Origin: Fistulifera solaris
Taxonomy: Eukaryota
Assembly (NCBI GenBank): GCA_030295235.1
Contig: AP026164.1
Coordinates: forward strand, 620,001 to 684,000
Length of the DNA: 64,000 nt
Direction: 5' to 3'
The notes under the pieces are model-generated. The model was given only the letters and a program-made list of their open reading frames with translations, made no database searches and was not told where the DNA came from. Made by a program: the position numbers and the translations under genes. Shown one piece after another: positions 48,629 through 61,300 of the stretch; position 1 is the stretch's first letter, and each line of letters opens with the position of its first letter.

Positions 48629-51600
48629 ATGTCGATAACCAATAGTAACGAAAGCTATTGCACATTTACGCTCCCTTCGGATGTGGCGGCAGGAGGCTTG
48701 CCATCGCAGGAGGAAATTGCGAAAGATTTGGAATCCAATGATACGGAGGTACGTTGCATGGCTTTGTTGTCGTCTGCGTATTGCTTATTTGAACGATGTT
48801 GTGCAAGACCTAGTTATTCATAGCCTACCGTTTAAACTGAAATTTAGTAGTAGGAGAGGCGATTAATTGTGGTTCTTTTCGTACCAAAATATTGTGCGGT
48901 GTTGTTGACAGTGCAAATATACTAACACTCGGCTCACAACGCACAGGTCAAGAAGCTTGCGCTGAAGGCCGCTATTATGGCAATGCTAGGCGGTGAAGCG
49001 ATGCCAAGAATCTTGATGCAAGTCATCCGATTTTGCATCAATAGTAGTGACAAGCAACTCAAAAAACTTTGCATGTTGTACTGGGAAGTTGTCCCCAAGT
49101 ACCAAGAACCAACATCGGAAGAGTTGCTTGCTGCTCTTTCCGGTGGTCCTCCTGCTCCTAGGAAAATGCTGCCGGAAATGCTTCTTGTCTGTAACGCCCT
49201 CATGAACGATCTCAACCATCCCAACGAGTACGTCCGTGGTAGTATGTTGCGTTTTCTTTGCAAGGTTAAAGATGAGGAGATTCTAGGTCCTTTGATCCCT
49301 TCGATCAAGGCATGCTTGGAACACCGTCACCCCTACGTGCGCAAGAATGCGGCACTCGCTGTATTTCATGCTCACAAGCTGCACGGAGAGGCGCTCCTAC
49401 CGGACGCTGCGGAAATCATGGCAGCATTCATTCAGGCAGAAACGGACTTAGCCGCTCGTCGAAACGCTTTCCTCATGCTTTTTAACGAATATGAAGACCT
49501 TGCTATTGAATTTTTGGCCAGAAACATGGATAACGTCAGTCAATATGGCGATGGTTTTGCTTTACTTGTCCTGGAGTTGACTCGTCGTGTGTGCCGACGT
49601 GACCCGATGCAAAAGTCTCGGTTTGTGAGGGTTCTCTTCGTCATGTTGTCCTCCACCTCGTCGGCGGTTTCGTATGAGGCTGCATGGACACTGGTTTCGT
49701 TGTCGTCGGCTCCAACTGCGGTCCGTGCGGCGGCATTGACCTATGTGAATCTCCTGAACGGACAAAATGACAACAACGTCAAATTGATTGTCTTGGAACG
49801 CTTGGAAGGACTCAAGAAGAAGCACTCTAAAATATTGCAAGAGCTTCTTATGGATATTCTCCGTGCGCTCAGTAGTCCTAATATTGACATTTGCAAAAGG
49901 TGTTGGATATTGCCATGGACGCTGTTACGGTCCGCAACGTACAAGACGTTGTCACGGTACTGAAACGTGAAGTTACGAAGACCATGGAAGACTCCGACAC
50001 TGACGGAAAGGGATCGGTGTACCGTAACCTTCTTATCCGTTCCATCCATGGTTGTGCTGCTCGATTTCCTCAGGTTGCGGAAAGCGTAGTGCACACTTTG
50101 ATGGACTTCTTGAGTACTGATTCGGGAATGCAAGTTGTTATTTTTGTCCGTGCCATCGTTGAACACTATCCCGATTTGCGCGTTCCACTTCTCAAAAAGC
50201 TCTTAGGATCATTGGAAGATGTTCAGTCGAACCAGGTGCTCTGTGTTTCTCTCTGGATTTTGGGTGAATACAGCGAGACAGTGGAAGGTATTGTCGAAGC
50301 CTTTGATACCATCTCGGAACAAGCTGGATCTCCCCCGTTTGTCTCGCAAGCCAAGGACAAGGATGAGGATGTCAAAGCCTCCGAGCCAAAAATTGTTACG
50401 AAGAATGTGGTCTTGGCGGATGGTACGTACGCGACACAGACGATCTACAGCGAGGCTAAGGCCCCCGTTTTGAGCGATTCGACACCTGCGCTTCGTCGAA
50501 TGCTTGTAAATGGTGATGTTTTCCTTGGAGAAATCCTGGCATCATCCTTGACCAAGCTCTGCTTACGAGCTGAGGATATGCCTCAATTCGACGCAATTAT
50601 GTTGAAAAGATGACCGCCGAAGCTGTTCTCATGATGTGCGGTGTTGTCAAAATGGCCGAGCTTACGGTCACAGCTCAACGCTCGAGCCTCAATGACTGCC
50701 AAGAGCGTATTACAGTGTGCTGTCGTGCTCTATTAGATCCAAAGGCAAAGAATCTGCTCAAGAAGCCTCTGTTGACGGATGGGCGAAAACGTTTCGCGGA
50801 ATTTCTCAAAATCTTGAAAGACAAAGAAGCAAGTGAAGCTAAGACAAAGAAAATGAAAGAAAGCGAGGAAATAATGACACAGGCCGACGATCTAATTCAC
50901 TTCCGTCAGCTACGAAGTATGGCCGTTCAAGGAGGCGATGTTGACTTGGATGACGGTGCTGATTTGGCCCGGGCGACTGGTTACGATAGCGCCGACTCGC
51001 TCTTGAGTTCGGAGTTAAACCACGTTTACCAGTTGAGCGGATTTGCTGATCCTGTTTACTGCGAAGCATTGGTGACTGTTCATGACTACGACATCGTTCT
51101 GGAAATTCTTGTTGTGAACCGCACCGCAAATACCCTTTCTAATCTCACCGTAGAATTGGCGACGATGGGCGATATGAAAATTGTTGAACGTCCTCAATCT
51201 CAATCAATTGGGCCCATGGACCAAATCAACATTCGCGCTTCCATCAAAGTCAGCTCTACAGAAACTGGTCACATCTTCGGTACAATCGTTTACGACGACG
51301 CAGCCACACAAACGAAGTGTTACATCAATCTCAACGACATTCACATGGATATTATGGACTACATTCGACCGGCCACTTGCTCAGACGAAGCTTTTCGCTC
51401 GATGTGGGCTGAATTTGAATGGGAGAACAAGGTCGCTATTTCTACTTCGATCACCTCCCTTTTGGACTTCTTAAACCACATTGTCACGTCGACAAATATG
51501 CGTTGCCTTACGCCACATGATAAAACGGAGAAAGGTAGCTTTTTGGCGGCCAACTTGTATGCAAAGAGGTGAGTTTCACAGTGTTTCTGAACCCCGGATT

Positions 51601-51975
51601 CGTGTTGGATACCAGTTGCTTCTTCAATAGGTCGGCGTCCGTTAATTCCGGGGAATACAAATTGTAGTTCAGGGCGAACGCCGTCAAGGCGCTCTTCTTG
51701 ACTTCTACCCTATTGCAAACACTGGCTATGTTTGCGACTGTCGAGCCAGGGTATCATGCGGTTGAAACATATTCTGACACCCCACTCTCGTTTGATGTAA
51801 CAGTGTGTTCGGGGAAGATGCGCTTGTCAACGTGTCCGTTGAGAAAAAGGATGACAACGATGGGAAATTAGCAGGATACATTCGAATCAGGTCGAAGACA
51901 CAAGGTATTGCTTTGAGCCTCGGCGATAGAATCACGTCGGTTCAACGGGGACTTCCCGAGCCTAACAAGCAGTAA
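48629..51975 (+). CDS. COPB1: Coatomer subunit beta
   Basis: [51 protein letters not shown], and [10 protein letters not shown]...[15 protein letters not shown]. Introns 48749..48946 and 51569..51803. Frameshifts near 49900 and 50605. Confidence 0.96.
51591..51724 (+). ncRNA. Putative intronic box H/ACA snoRNA
   Basis: Hairpin 1 CCCCGGA/TCCGGGG, H box ATACAA (51655-51660), hairpin 2 TTGTAGT/ATTGCAA + AGGG/CCCT + GTCAAG/CTTGAC, and ACA at 51719-51721. It lies within an unusually long (235-nt) COPB1 intron. Confidence 0.7.
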
Positions 51976-52036
51976 ATTGCGATTAAGATGGTGCGACATG
52001 GTAGAAAAATAACAATAACGCAATGCGTTTAATCTT

Positions 52037-53065
52037 CTACAAATGAAACTTGCGTCTACTCGTATCCATTTCTTTTCGCTTGTGAAACCATTCATATTCT
52101 CCGTGCATAGTGTCAAAGATCCCTTCCTGCACCCAACGTAATTTGAGCGAGAAACGAGGACCTAGCTCTTGTAGACGAGCTTTTACGGGAGGGCCTTCAT
52201 CCTTTTCGCCTCCTTAGACTTCTTTTTCTTCCTTTTTCTTCTCGTTGAATATGTAACGATGGTGTCGCACAAAAATGTAATCTCGCTGATTGTGAAAAGT
52301 TACGACCTGTCTTCCTTGAAACTGAGCTTGATGCGGGAATAGACTGCCCAATATCCGCCCGACTCGATGCCCTAACCGAGTGCCAAATCCGTGTAAATTT
52401 AGTTCTGGAATATGAGATGTCGCTTTGCCGTGTTTGGGAATGTTTTTGGCGGTCACTACGTTCGATACTTTAAAGAAAGCTGTGGGTCCGGCAAGTCCAG
52501 TATCGTGGTGTTTCTGTAAATGACTGATAGTGAAACCATTGCACACTTTGGACTTTTCCGACAAGACTATGAGATGCGTATAATCTCGATTTATTGCAAA
52601 CTGGCAAATTTCTTTTATCGAGTAGGACTGGCGAGGATAAAATTCAAGATTGGGGATCAACATCTGCAGATCCGCAATGAAGTAAAAGACGTTTTGCGAC
52701 GGGCGAGGACGTGTAGTAATCAATATCTTTGGCTTAACATCGTCGTCAAAGTAGGGGGCAAATTCATCGTCAGCTTCGTCGGCAGCGACTTCGAGATCGT
52801 TCTCAAGGACTGAAGTAGGCTCGACTTCACGTGTGTTGTCGATGGTCTTCGGTACTGGTTTCTGAACGTCTTCACCGAGCTGTTCCTCGCGTATCTTCTT
52901 CTGCTCATCTTTTGCTTTACGTTTCTGCTGCAAATACTTCCCGTACATTTCACTACGTTTGAGTTTGTTGTGAATGTGCGACGGATTCCTGTAAACCAAC
53001 GTTTTGGTTTTCGCCTTGTTGACGGGTTTCTTACCCTTCAACGAGGCATCGGGCTTCTTCTTCAT
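52037..53065 (-). CDS. RPF1: Ribosome production factor 1 (Brix domain)
   Basis: [59 protein letters not shown]. After an in-frame TAA at 52214-52216 it continues [12 protein letters not shown]...EYEW...RRKFHL*. Confidence 0.92.
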
Positions 53066-53572
53066 GATCGCAACGTTGCTTAAAGACTCTTTGAAACGCT
53101 AGTAATCAAGATTCACGAAAGTGATCTTTAATGACGATTTAACTTCTTGTTCATGATGAGACTAATTTCGTCAAAATCGTTTCTTCTTTGCCTCCATGGT
53201 TGGTGGCGAAGTCTTTTGTCGGACGACGTACGCGACGCGGGATTCGAAATCTCCTCATTCCCTGGGAGACACGGGAACGCACCTCTGCTTGGTACATTTC
53301 TCTACGGGGGCCTACGCGAAAGTACACAATTTCCCGCACCGTCCTGTAATAAGAACAAGGAGTATGACATATTGTGTATGTGAGTAGCACTAGGACAAAG
53401 ACGCCATGAGTAAATGAGCTATGCTACCTAAGGCTACAAAAACGAATACAACATCGTAACAAATATTCTAACTGTAACTATACGGATTCCAAACAAAGAT
53501 ATTGAACAATCACCAAACAAACACTCCACAAGATGACTCAGATTCAATGAGTCAAAGCTTTTTACCCGTTCT

Positions 53573-54948
53573 CTAGATCATGTATAGTTCGAAATGGTCC
53601 AAAACTTCAATCCATGCCAATAGAGCTGGCAGCATAAGGATAGTACCCATTGTAACGTTCGCAGCCAGACTGGCTTCGCCAATATCAAACTGCTTTCCAA
53701 GAGAAAATGCTGCAAGCGAAATCGGTAGGGCGGCCACCAGCACAGCGCTTCGAGCATACGTATTGGGCAAGTCATAAACATCCACCAACCCGACCATTAG
53801 CAGCGGAATCAAGACAAGCTTAACGAGCATCGAACCAGCGAGTTCTAACCAGCTAATAGAAATCAAGTCTTTTCCTTGCTGATGCATCCAGACACCCATC
53901 GAAAATAGTGATAGTGGAGATACCATATCTCCCAGCCAGTTGAGTAAAGCGACAAACCATTCAAGACCCTCGACATAGTTTGTATTCGGTTCCTTCTGGT
54001 CGTTCAGAGGACGTAGATACGTCTTTCCAAATGTGGAAAGCGAGATAATGAACCCAATACAAATTCCCCACAAAACAGGATTTCGAATGACGCGTCCTGT
54101 AACCTGAGTCAGGATATCACGACGAGATATCAACTCGAGCCAAAGTGCTAGTCGGCTTTTCGGCGTTTCGAGCTTTGCATCGGATTCCATTTTAATTTCA
54201 GAATGTTCTTCTTCAAGATGCGTCTCTTCATCGACTTTGTTAATTTCATGCGGGGGAGTGGATTCCTTCTCTGCGGTCAGAGCCTCTTCGTCCGTAACTT
54301 CAGGCGCGAAGAGCAACTGACGCTCCAGAACAGAAGCTTCTAAGAAAAAGAGTTGCAGCGGCAACTGAAAAGAAAGCTTGAAATACCAGCCATGAGACCA
54401 AAAAATACAGCCATGGCCGGATCCGGCAGGATCGCGGTCAAAATTGGAACTGAGAAACAGTGAGCGCGGTCGTCAACAAAGATGCAGAGCACAGTAATCG
54501 AGCCACTTACTTCCATGAACGATGGTGGATATCCATGAAAAATTGAGAAACTGAACCGCCACATCACCGAGGCCTTTGCGCTCTCGGAATACTGCAATCA
54601 CTAAGAAGAAGCTCAACAGCAAGCTCGCCACCCGTATCAACAAGAAGACTTTAATAAAGTCCCAGACGAAAGCATCGGAATAGAAGTCTATGCCAACTCC
54701 AATACCATTAATCACGAGAGCAGGCAGCGCCACCTAAAAGACGAATTTTGTCGCATCAACGACAAAGGTGTTGTCAAAAACACCGATCCACGACGAAAGG
54801 GAACCCAAAACGACAGTCCCCACAATCTTTGATGAGCAAGCGAGCGAAACGAGTGAGTGGAAAGGGATGGCAAAGATACGCAACAATAATTCATTTCATG
54901 ACGTACCTGGATGCCGACGTTAACAACAGAAATGTATTTGTAAACCAT
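53573..54948 (-). CDS. Auxin efflux carrier (AEC/PIN-like) membrane transporter, interrupted as assembled
   Basis: Two hydrophobic halves around a hydrophilic loop: VALPAL, NPVLWG, SPLSLFSMG, and KLVLIP...AALPI. Short first exon MVYKY...GIQ, an in-frame TAG at ~54735, and further frameshift or intron ambiguities. Confidence 0.75.
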
Positions 54949-55456
54949 GATGGATTTTGATTTTTGGCTTTTCTTTAAATAATGAGAAGTCAATCCATCC
55001 ATCACTTTTTTGTGCTTGCATAAAAATAAGGAACCGATTCGCGTTTCAGTCGGGTCGTAAAATTTCTACCAGCAACTTACGTACGCTACGGAACAATTCT
55101 GGTGTTCTGTGTTCTCTGGACATCGGTGTCTGGGTCTGTTCTCATTGCATCAAATCACCAATCACGTGAATCACATCTTTTTTCTTTTAAGCATTCATTG
55201 TTCTGCAAGGTGATGTCATTGTTCCAATGCGAACTCGGCAATCACAGGACATATCACGATGCTCGAGGACGACTCTTCTCTTTCTTTACGGAGCACGAAT
55301 CGAAAAGCAAATTGAATCCTGGTATTCCCTTGAATCGACTCTTCAAAGCGAAACGAACACAACCCATAATCGCAGCAAACGACTCCCACGCTCGTCACAA
55401 ATATCGACAATCCGTAAACATTTCAAAATATATTTTGAAAAGAAACACCAACAACC

Positions 55457-56955
55457 ATGAAATCTCTTTTAATAACTGTCCTGTTGGCCCTCATTTCTCG
55501 AACAGTTCCCTTTTCTATTCCTTCGAGAAGAATTCAGACGGCACTCAAGTCGACCACGGCCGAGAATCCGATGGAAACTACCGAAAAGATGACGCTTGAA
55601 GCAATCGAGTTTCAAAACCGTTTGGCCGACAAGAAAGACGCGCTGTTCATTGCTCAAACCGCACCGTCGGTGCGAGTCGCACCTCCGGAAGAATTCGGTT
55701 TGGAGCCAGGTAGGTTGATCGTATTTCGCCCGAGCAAGATATACTAACAAAACAACAATCAATTGTCTCACCGCCCAAAATGCGAACAGGTTCGCTTCCT
55801 TCCGGTATTATGGTCTCGGCTTTGAAAGAACTTGGCTTCGACAAAGTAATAGACACCAATACCATGGCCGATTTAACCATTTGCGAAGAGGCCACTGAAC
55901 TTTTAAACCGTGTTCTTCTCCGCATCGAGCGCAACGGCCAAAACGAAACGCAATATCCACCGGTGAATGATGCACCCCTTCCGCTGTTCACGTCCTGTTG
56001 TCCTGGTTGGATGTTTGGGCTAGAGAAAATGGCTCCGGATCTCGCACCCTATGTGTCCAGCTGTAAATCTCCTCACATGATGCTAGGCGCTTTGGTGAAG
56101 GAGTACAGCAAAGAATGGTATGGTCGCGATGATCCTAAGGATATCTATCTTGGTAAGCATGCATAAAATCGGACATGTGTGCTTTCGAAGTTGTGTTTCA
56201 CAAGTCCGCTCACCCTTTGTCACAAAGTATCGATTATGCCATGTGTCAAAAAGAGGCCAGAGAGTGACGAGAAAGTATTTCAGCATGGAGACGTTCGAGA
56301 AATCGACAATGTACTGACGACCCGAGATATCGGACAACTTCTCCGGATGCGCAATGTTGACCCGACTAAGCTGGAACCGAGAGAGTTTGACTCCATGTTT
56401 CAGTCGGAAGAAGATATGAACAGTCTTGGATCGGGTGCTGGGCAATTGTTTGGTACAACGGGCGGTGTCATGGAAGCGGCGGTCCGAACTGTATATGCGT
56501 GGCTGACTGGAAAACAACTACCTCGTCTTGAACTGACAGAGGTCCGTGGGCTCGAGGCGGTGAAGGAAGCTACCGTGTCTTTGCTGGACAAGGAAACTGG
56601 TAAGGGACTGGACACGGAAATACGCGTTGCCGTTGTCAATGGATTGGGTAATGCCAAGAAGTTGATTCAAGCATTGAAAAACGGGGAAGCGCAGTATGAC
56701 TTTATCGAAGTGATGGCTTGTCTTGGCGGTTGCATAGGAGGCGGTGGACAACCACGATCAAAAGACAAAGATATTCTACAGCGGCGCCAGGAAGTCATTT
56801 ACAAGCTCGACCGAAAACTTCCAATTCGCCAGTCGCACGAGAACCCCACGGTAAAGCACCTTTACGAAAAGTATCTCGGAGAAATTGGTGGTGAAAAAGC
56901 ACATCACTTGCTTCACGTCAAGCCAATTTACGGCGGTGGTGACGAGAAGTCTTGA
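55457..56955 (+). CDS. hydA: [FeFe]-hydrogenase, H-cluster domain only, with signal/transit-like leader
   Basis: APSVR, FTSCCPGW (P1), IMPCVKKRPE (P2), EVMACLGGCIGGGGQP (P3), and C-terminal RQSHENP...AHHLLH. Introns 55710..55789 and 56153..56227 restore one frame. Confidence 0.9.
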
Positions 56956-57018
56956 GGAGGATGACGGTGAAACATTTGTATCCTTTCATAACAATTTTCC
57001 ATGAAAGCACACTCGACT

Positions 57019-57935
57019 TTAACTGTATCGCCTTTGCATCCGTTTCTGTAGAAAAAGAACACGTGTGCCTCCGCCACTCTCCAATATAGTTCGTTCGTAA
57101 CCATTTCGACACGATGCTCGCAAATATGCTTCCGGGGCCAAGGGAGTTCCGTCTGACGTCCGCAAAGGCCATTCGGAATCAGAGAGTAGTAGAGGACGCA
57201 AACTTCGCGATTGGGCGACTGACAAAAATCCATTTATTTCTCCCTGCACATTAAAACCAGGGTGCCCCAGACTGAGATAAAGGATAATACCCGTGTTGGG
57301 CTTGACAAGACTCGCCATGGCGTCCGCCAACAAGGGCCAACTCCCCGGACTGTATGTCAAATCGGAACCGATCACCCAATCCGCTGATTCTTCCGGAATC
57401 GGGTCAGTATCATAGCCCCATTGATACGATACAGCCTTAACTACATTCTGCATGTTGTTGCGTTGTATATTTCGCTCCGCCAACTTGATAACATTGGGGT
57501 TTCCATCTGTAGCAAAGACGCGCTTGGCTCCCATCATAGCCGCTACTAAACTGGCCAATCCGGTTCCGCATCCCAACTCAACCACAGTAGTGTCTCGAAA
57601 AGAAAGTAACGGCAGGAGTCGGGTCAAAAGAAGACTGGAATTCCATACTGCGAGTCCGGTAGCTCCCGGTCCCGATGCTTGCTGTTCGATAGACAAAATG
57701 GTCGAGTCGTCGTCGTCGTCGTCGTCGTCGACGGCAATGGTTCGGATAGGCAAGGTCATGCAAACATTTTCGTACGCTCCAGGAATGGCCCGTTCTTCCG
57801 TCAAAATGCCATTTTTTGACACAAAGAAGTGTCATCATTGGCCGATACAATCAATGTGGTTGCAGCAGCCGATGATGATGATGATGAGTCGAAGAGAAAT
57901 TGTCGACGACTCGCAATTAGCCACAGCAACGTCAT
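57019..57935 (-). CDS. Methyltransf_16 (METTL21-like) protein methyltransferase
   Basis: TGLAVWNSSLLL, VVELGCGTGL, ATDG and IGSDLTY. The likely ATG at 57935 (MTLLWLIASRRQFL) needs a 1-nt correction near 57815. Confidence 0.82.
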
Positions 57936-58166
57936 TTCGACGAATGCCGGAAATAACAACATTGGTACCTTTTATTGAAGCAGATTTGAGACAACGAATA
58001 ACTCTGTTCACTGCAAGTCAAGCGGATGGGCAGGAAATGTTGAGCGAAATCGACCAAGGAGGGAATCACCTCGCTACAAGTATATTTCCAACGGTGCAAA
58101 TGGCTAAAGAAAAGAAGAGCGTCGTTCTCAGTGCGAAAAACACAACAGTTCAAAACTTCCACAATA

Positions 58167-58255
58167 GTTCCCAGTGTAGAAATCCCTAACCCTAAATTGA
58201 GCCTCTACGATAGTTGATGGTTCCCAGTGTAGAAATCCCTAACCCTAAATTGAGC
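58167..58255 (+). repeat. Two identical 36-bp direct repeats containing telomere-like CCCTAACCCTAAA
   Basis: GTTCCCAGTGTAGAAATCCCTAACCCTAAATTGAGC at 58167-58202 and 58220-58255. Confidence 0.85.
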
Positions 58256-58399
58256 ACGCTTCGTAGTAGTGCGTCCGTCAACCGAAAAAAATGAAACGTG
58301 TAATTTTGCGACAAGGGCGATGAAAAGGCGTCGAAACTCGAAACGAGATAAAAAAGCAATGCAAAATCGGAGCGCTCATTCCTAACATCAAGTTCCGGC

Positions 58400-61300
58400 A
58401 TGAAACGACCAAACGTTATATCTTCCTCTTTCTCTGTCTGTTGGGTCGGTGCTGCTATAATATCGATATCATGGCTTGCCGCAGGGAGCCAATCTAATGC
58501 ACCCATACAGCCTCCTCCTCCCCCACCAAAACCAACCGACCGGAAAACATCTCCTTTTCATACCGTCGAACCCAGTGATACTGAACAAAAGCCACAACAA
58601 AAAAACAACTTAATTCGACATGTTGATCGACCACCTCCACCGCCGCAACGCTCGTCTTCTCCGGTTTTGTCGTCGTACCAGCAACAACCGAACTCAGTGA
58701 TTATGCCTCCACCTCCCCGAATTCAGTCCACCGCTAGTATATCTGATGCAAACAATTCCATACAAACTGAGAAGAAACTTCTCGATACAAAGATCTTAGA
58801 ATCTGCTGTAGGCATCAATTCTGAGCAAACTGCCGCTAGGCAGCAAACACAACAGCAACCCGAAATGACAACTCCTATCGAGAGAAGCCATAATATTACT
58901 CCGCCTGTCAGTGGTTTCGGTTCTCAACGTCAGGAGACCCAGTTGGAGCGACCACCAATCACACCGTCGAGGCCATCAATGAATCTTGAAGCAAGGAGGG
59001 ATCATGGAGGAATGGAAAAGCCACTGATAGATATCCCTTCCCGCCCAGGCGTTGATGCGACCTATCGACAACCTCCCAACGTCCGCCCCCCGGGAACATT
59101 CCATGCACAAGCACCTTGGCATGATCCACGGACTGGACCACCGCCAGCTGGCCCGAATCATCGACCATATTTGAATCGTTCTCCGTCGGCTGCTTACCGG
59201 CAACCACCGCCCAGGCGGCAACAGGCACTTCCGACTCTGACGCAGTTATGGAAAAAAGTAGAACGTGGCTTGGATGGATTAGCCGATTTGGAAGATGTCG
59301 TCACCGAGCGAGCGCAGCAGCTGTATTCAACGGCCAAAGAAAGTGTTTCGTCCGTCTACAAACGACCCTTGGATGGGAGAAGCGCGGACAATGACCATGA
59401 CATTGCTTCGTCGGTCGCGGTACCGTCCGTGCGGATATGGTCGAAGTCTCGTTCCAGTAAGCCAGCCTCGACACCGATTCCACAGATGGATATGTCACGA
59501 TTCACCAAGAAGATCGCCACTGGAGAACGTACACCCGAAGTGACGTCCGGGGCTGCCAAAGGAAAGTTACCGTGGGAAAGTACGGCTGCTTCTACTGAGG
59601 TTCCGGCCAGTCCTTTTGCTAACGCTATGATCCAACGGTCAGTAGTGACGACTGATACCAGCGGCGCACTGAAGGGTTCGGAAAACAGGCAGGATAGTTT
59701 GACACCATTTGGTCCCAGTTTTACCAAACAACCGTCTGATCACTCAGGCAACAACACGAAAAGGATGATCCGAGCCAATGGTGGTGCATCCACACCACCC
59801 TTTGGAAAGCTTACTGACCCACTTGACTCTCAACGGCAGTCGCGGCCTCCGTTGGAACGTCCAATGGCGCCTCCGGGCCGACATACGCCTCCAAGAAACA
59901 TTCCTCCCACGAGGGCAGGTCCTACACCGACACGAAAGTCCCCGCAAAAAGTTATTTGGACGATGATGATGAAGAAGATGGATCAATCGTCCAGAAAATG
60001 ATGAAAGCCCTTCCTGGTATTCCCAGGTTTTCCTTCTTTCGCCGAAAGCAGTTTGATTCCTCTGCTTCCGCTACATGGGATGCATGGAATGCCGGTGATA
60101 GCGATACTACTGAAGCATCAGCGGGTTTCTTTGGAAGAATATTTGGTTCGAAAGGAGGTCGGCGTTCCTCCCCAAAGCGCCGCACCAACCGTCCACGAAG
60201 CTCATGTCACCGCCATTACGAAGCTTCATGGATAGGTGCGACGATGGAAAAGGGTTGTCTCTACTAAAACCGACGGAAAGAACAAGAAGCAGAAGTATAG
60301 GGCGCACCCTAGCTGCTCTAGATACTGTTGCTCTTGTGTTCGCTCTCATTGGTCTGAAACAGTTACCGAAGCTCGAGCATATCATGCTTCCGCACTCTTT
60401 ATCAGAAGCATTCCGTGGTAGCCTTCCTCAATTTGCACATTGCGTTGTGGCTGGCATGGATACATGGGCACCCTTTGCTTTTCTTGCTGCCTTTCTGACA
60501 ATGCAAACGAGACAGCTTATTCTGAAAGCTAAATTAAGATCGTTGATGCAAACCTTGGATGCTTCAATTTCCGAAGAAGCACAGTATGGCGCCTTATTTT
60601 TGAGACTCTACACCTCATCATCATTTGTCCGAGATGTCAGTGAGAGGTTAAGAAAGGCTGCGAATTCTCAGCTCACGGCGCGAATAGACTTGACTCGATT
60701 GCGTGCTCTGGTAACAATTTTCCTGGTGTCCATGTTTTTGATGACAGTGCCCATCTTCACTCCCCCTAATGATGGCTTTGTTTGGGGCGTTGCAACATAT
60801 TTTCGATCTCAAGCTTTTGCGCTCATGGCCGATAGAATGGAAGGCTCTTATGGCGAATATTATCTTGTCATGGTCCGCATTTGCTAGCACGGCGAAAGAA
60901 TTAATAGCCGAAGAGCTCGAGCAAATGTCAGGTCATCCGAAGCAAGTCGTTTTCGGCTTGTCAATCGCTGCGGCTCTCTTACTAGTAAGCCGCTTGCCAG
61001 TAAGCAATCAACGCAGTATGGAAGCTGAAGTGACGGAAACAGACGAAGAGGAGGATGCACAATTCGTTAAGTTCACCGAGCAAGTTTCAAATTTAGGCAT
61101 ATCAAGTGCAAGTCGAATTGCTCTACTGTCTGATGCGGGCGGAATCGATTCGGCTCTTGAACGCTGGCGATTGTTGATCCCACGCGGAGCTGACCTCGCA
61201 TATTCGCGAAGGTCATTGAAAGCTATCTTGCACATCACGTGGAAAGGATTGGCATCAGCTATCATACTTGCACTACCACTGCTTTTTGAACATTATTACT

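Noticed and set aside
48749..48946. Second snoRNA in the 198-nt first COPB1 intron
   Set aside because: Some stems are present (CCTAC/GTAGG), but no convincing C/D or H/ACA box placement.
52214..52216. Programmed stop-codon readthrough in RPF1
   Set aside because: The TAA sits among A-rich runs where two compensating indel errors are more parsimonious.
55457..56955. Nar1/IOP1 cytosolic FeS assembly factor
   Set aside because: It has TSCCPGW with both Cys, APSVR and a targeting leader, and lacks the N-terminal Nar1 Cys cluster.
57452..58189. 245-aa plus-strand ORF
   Set aside because: Antisense to the methyltransferase gene, with no recognisable motifs.
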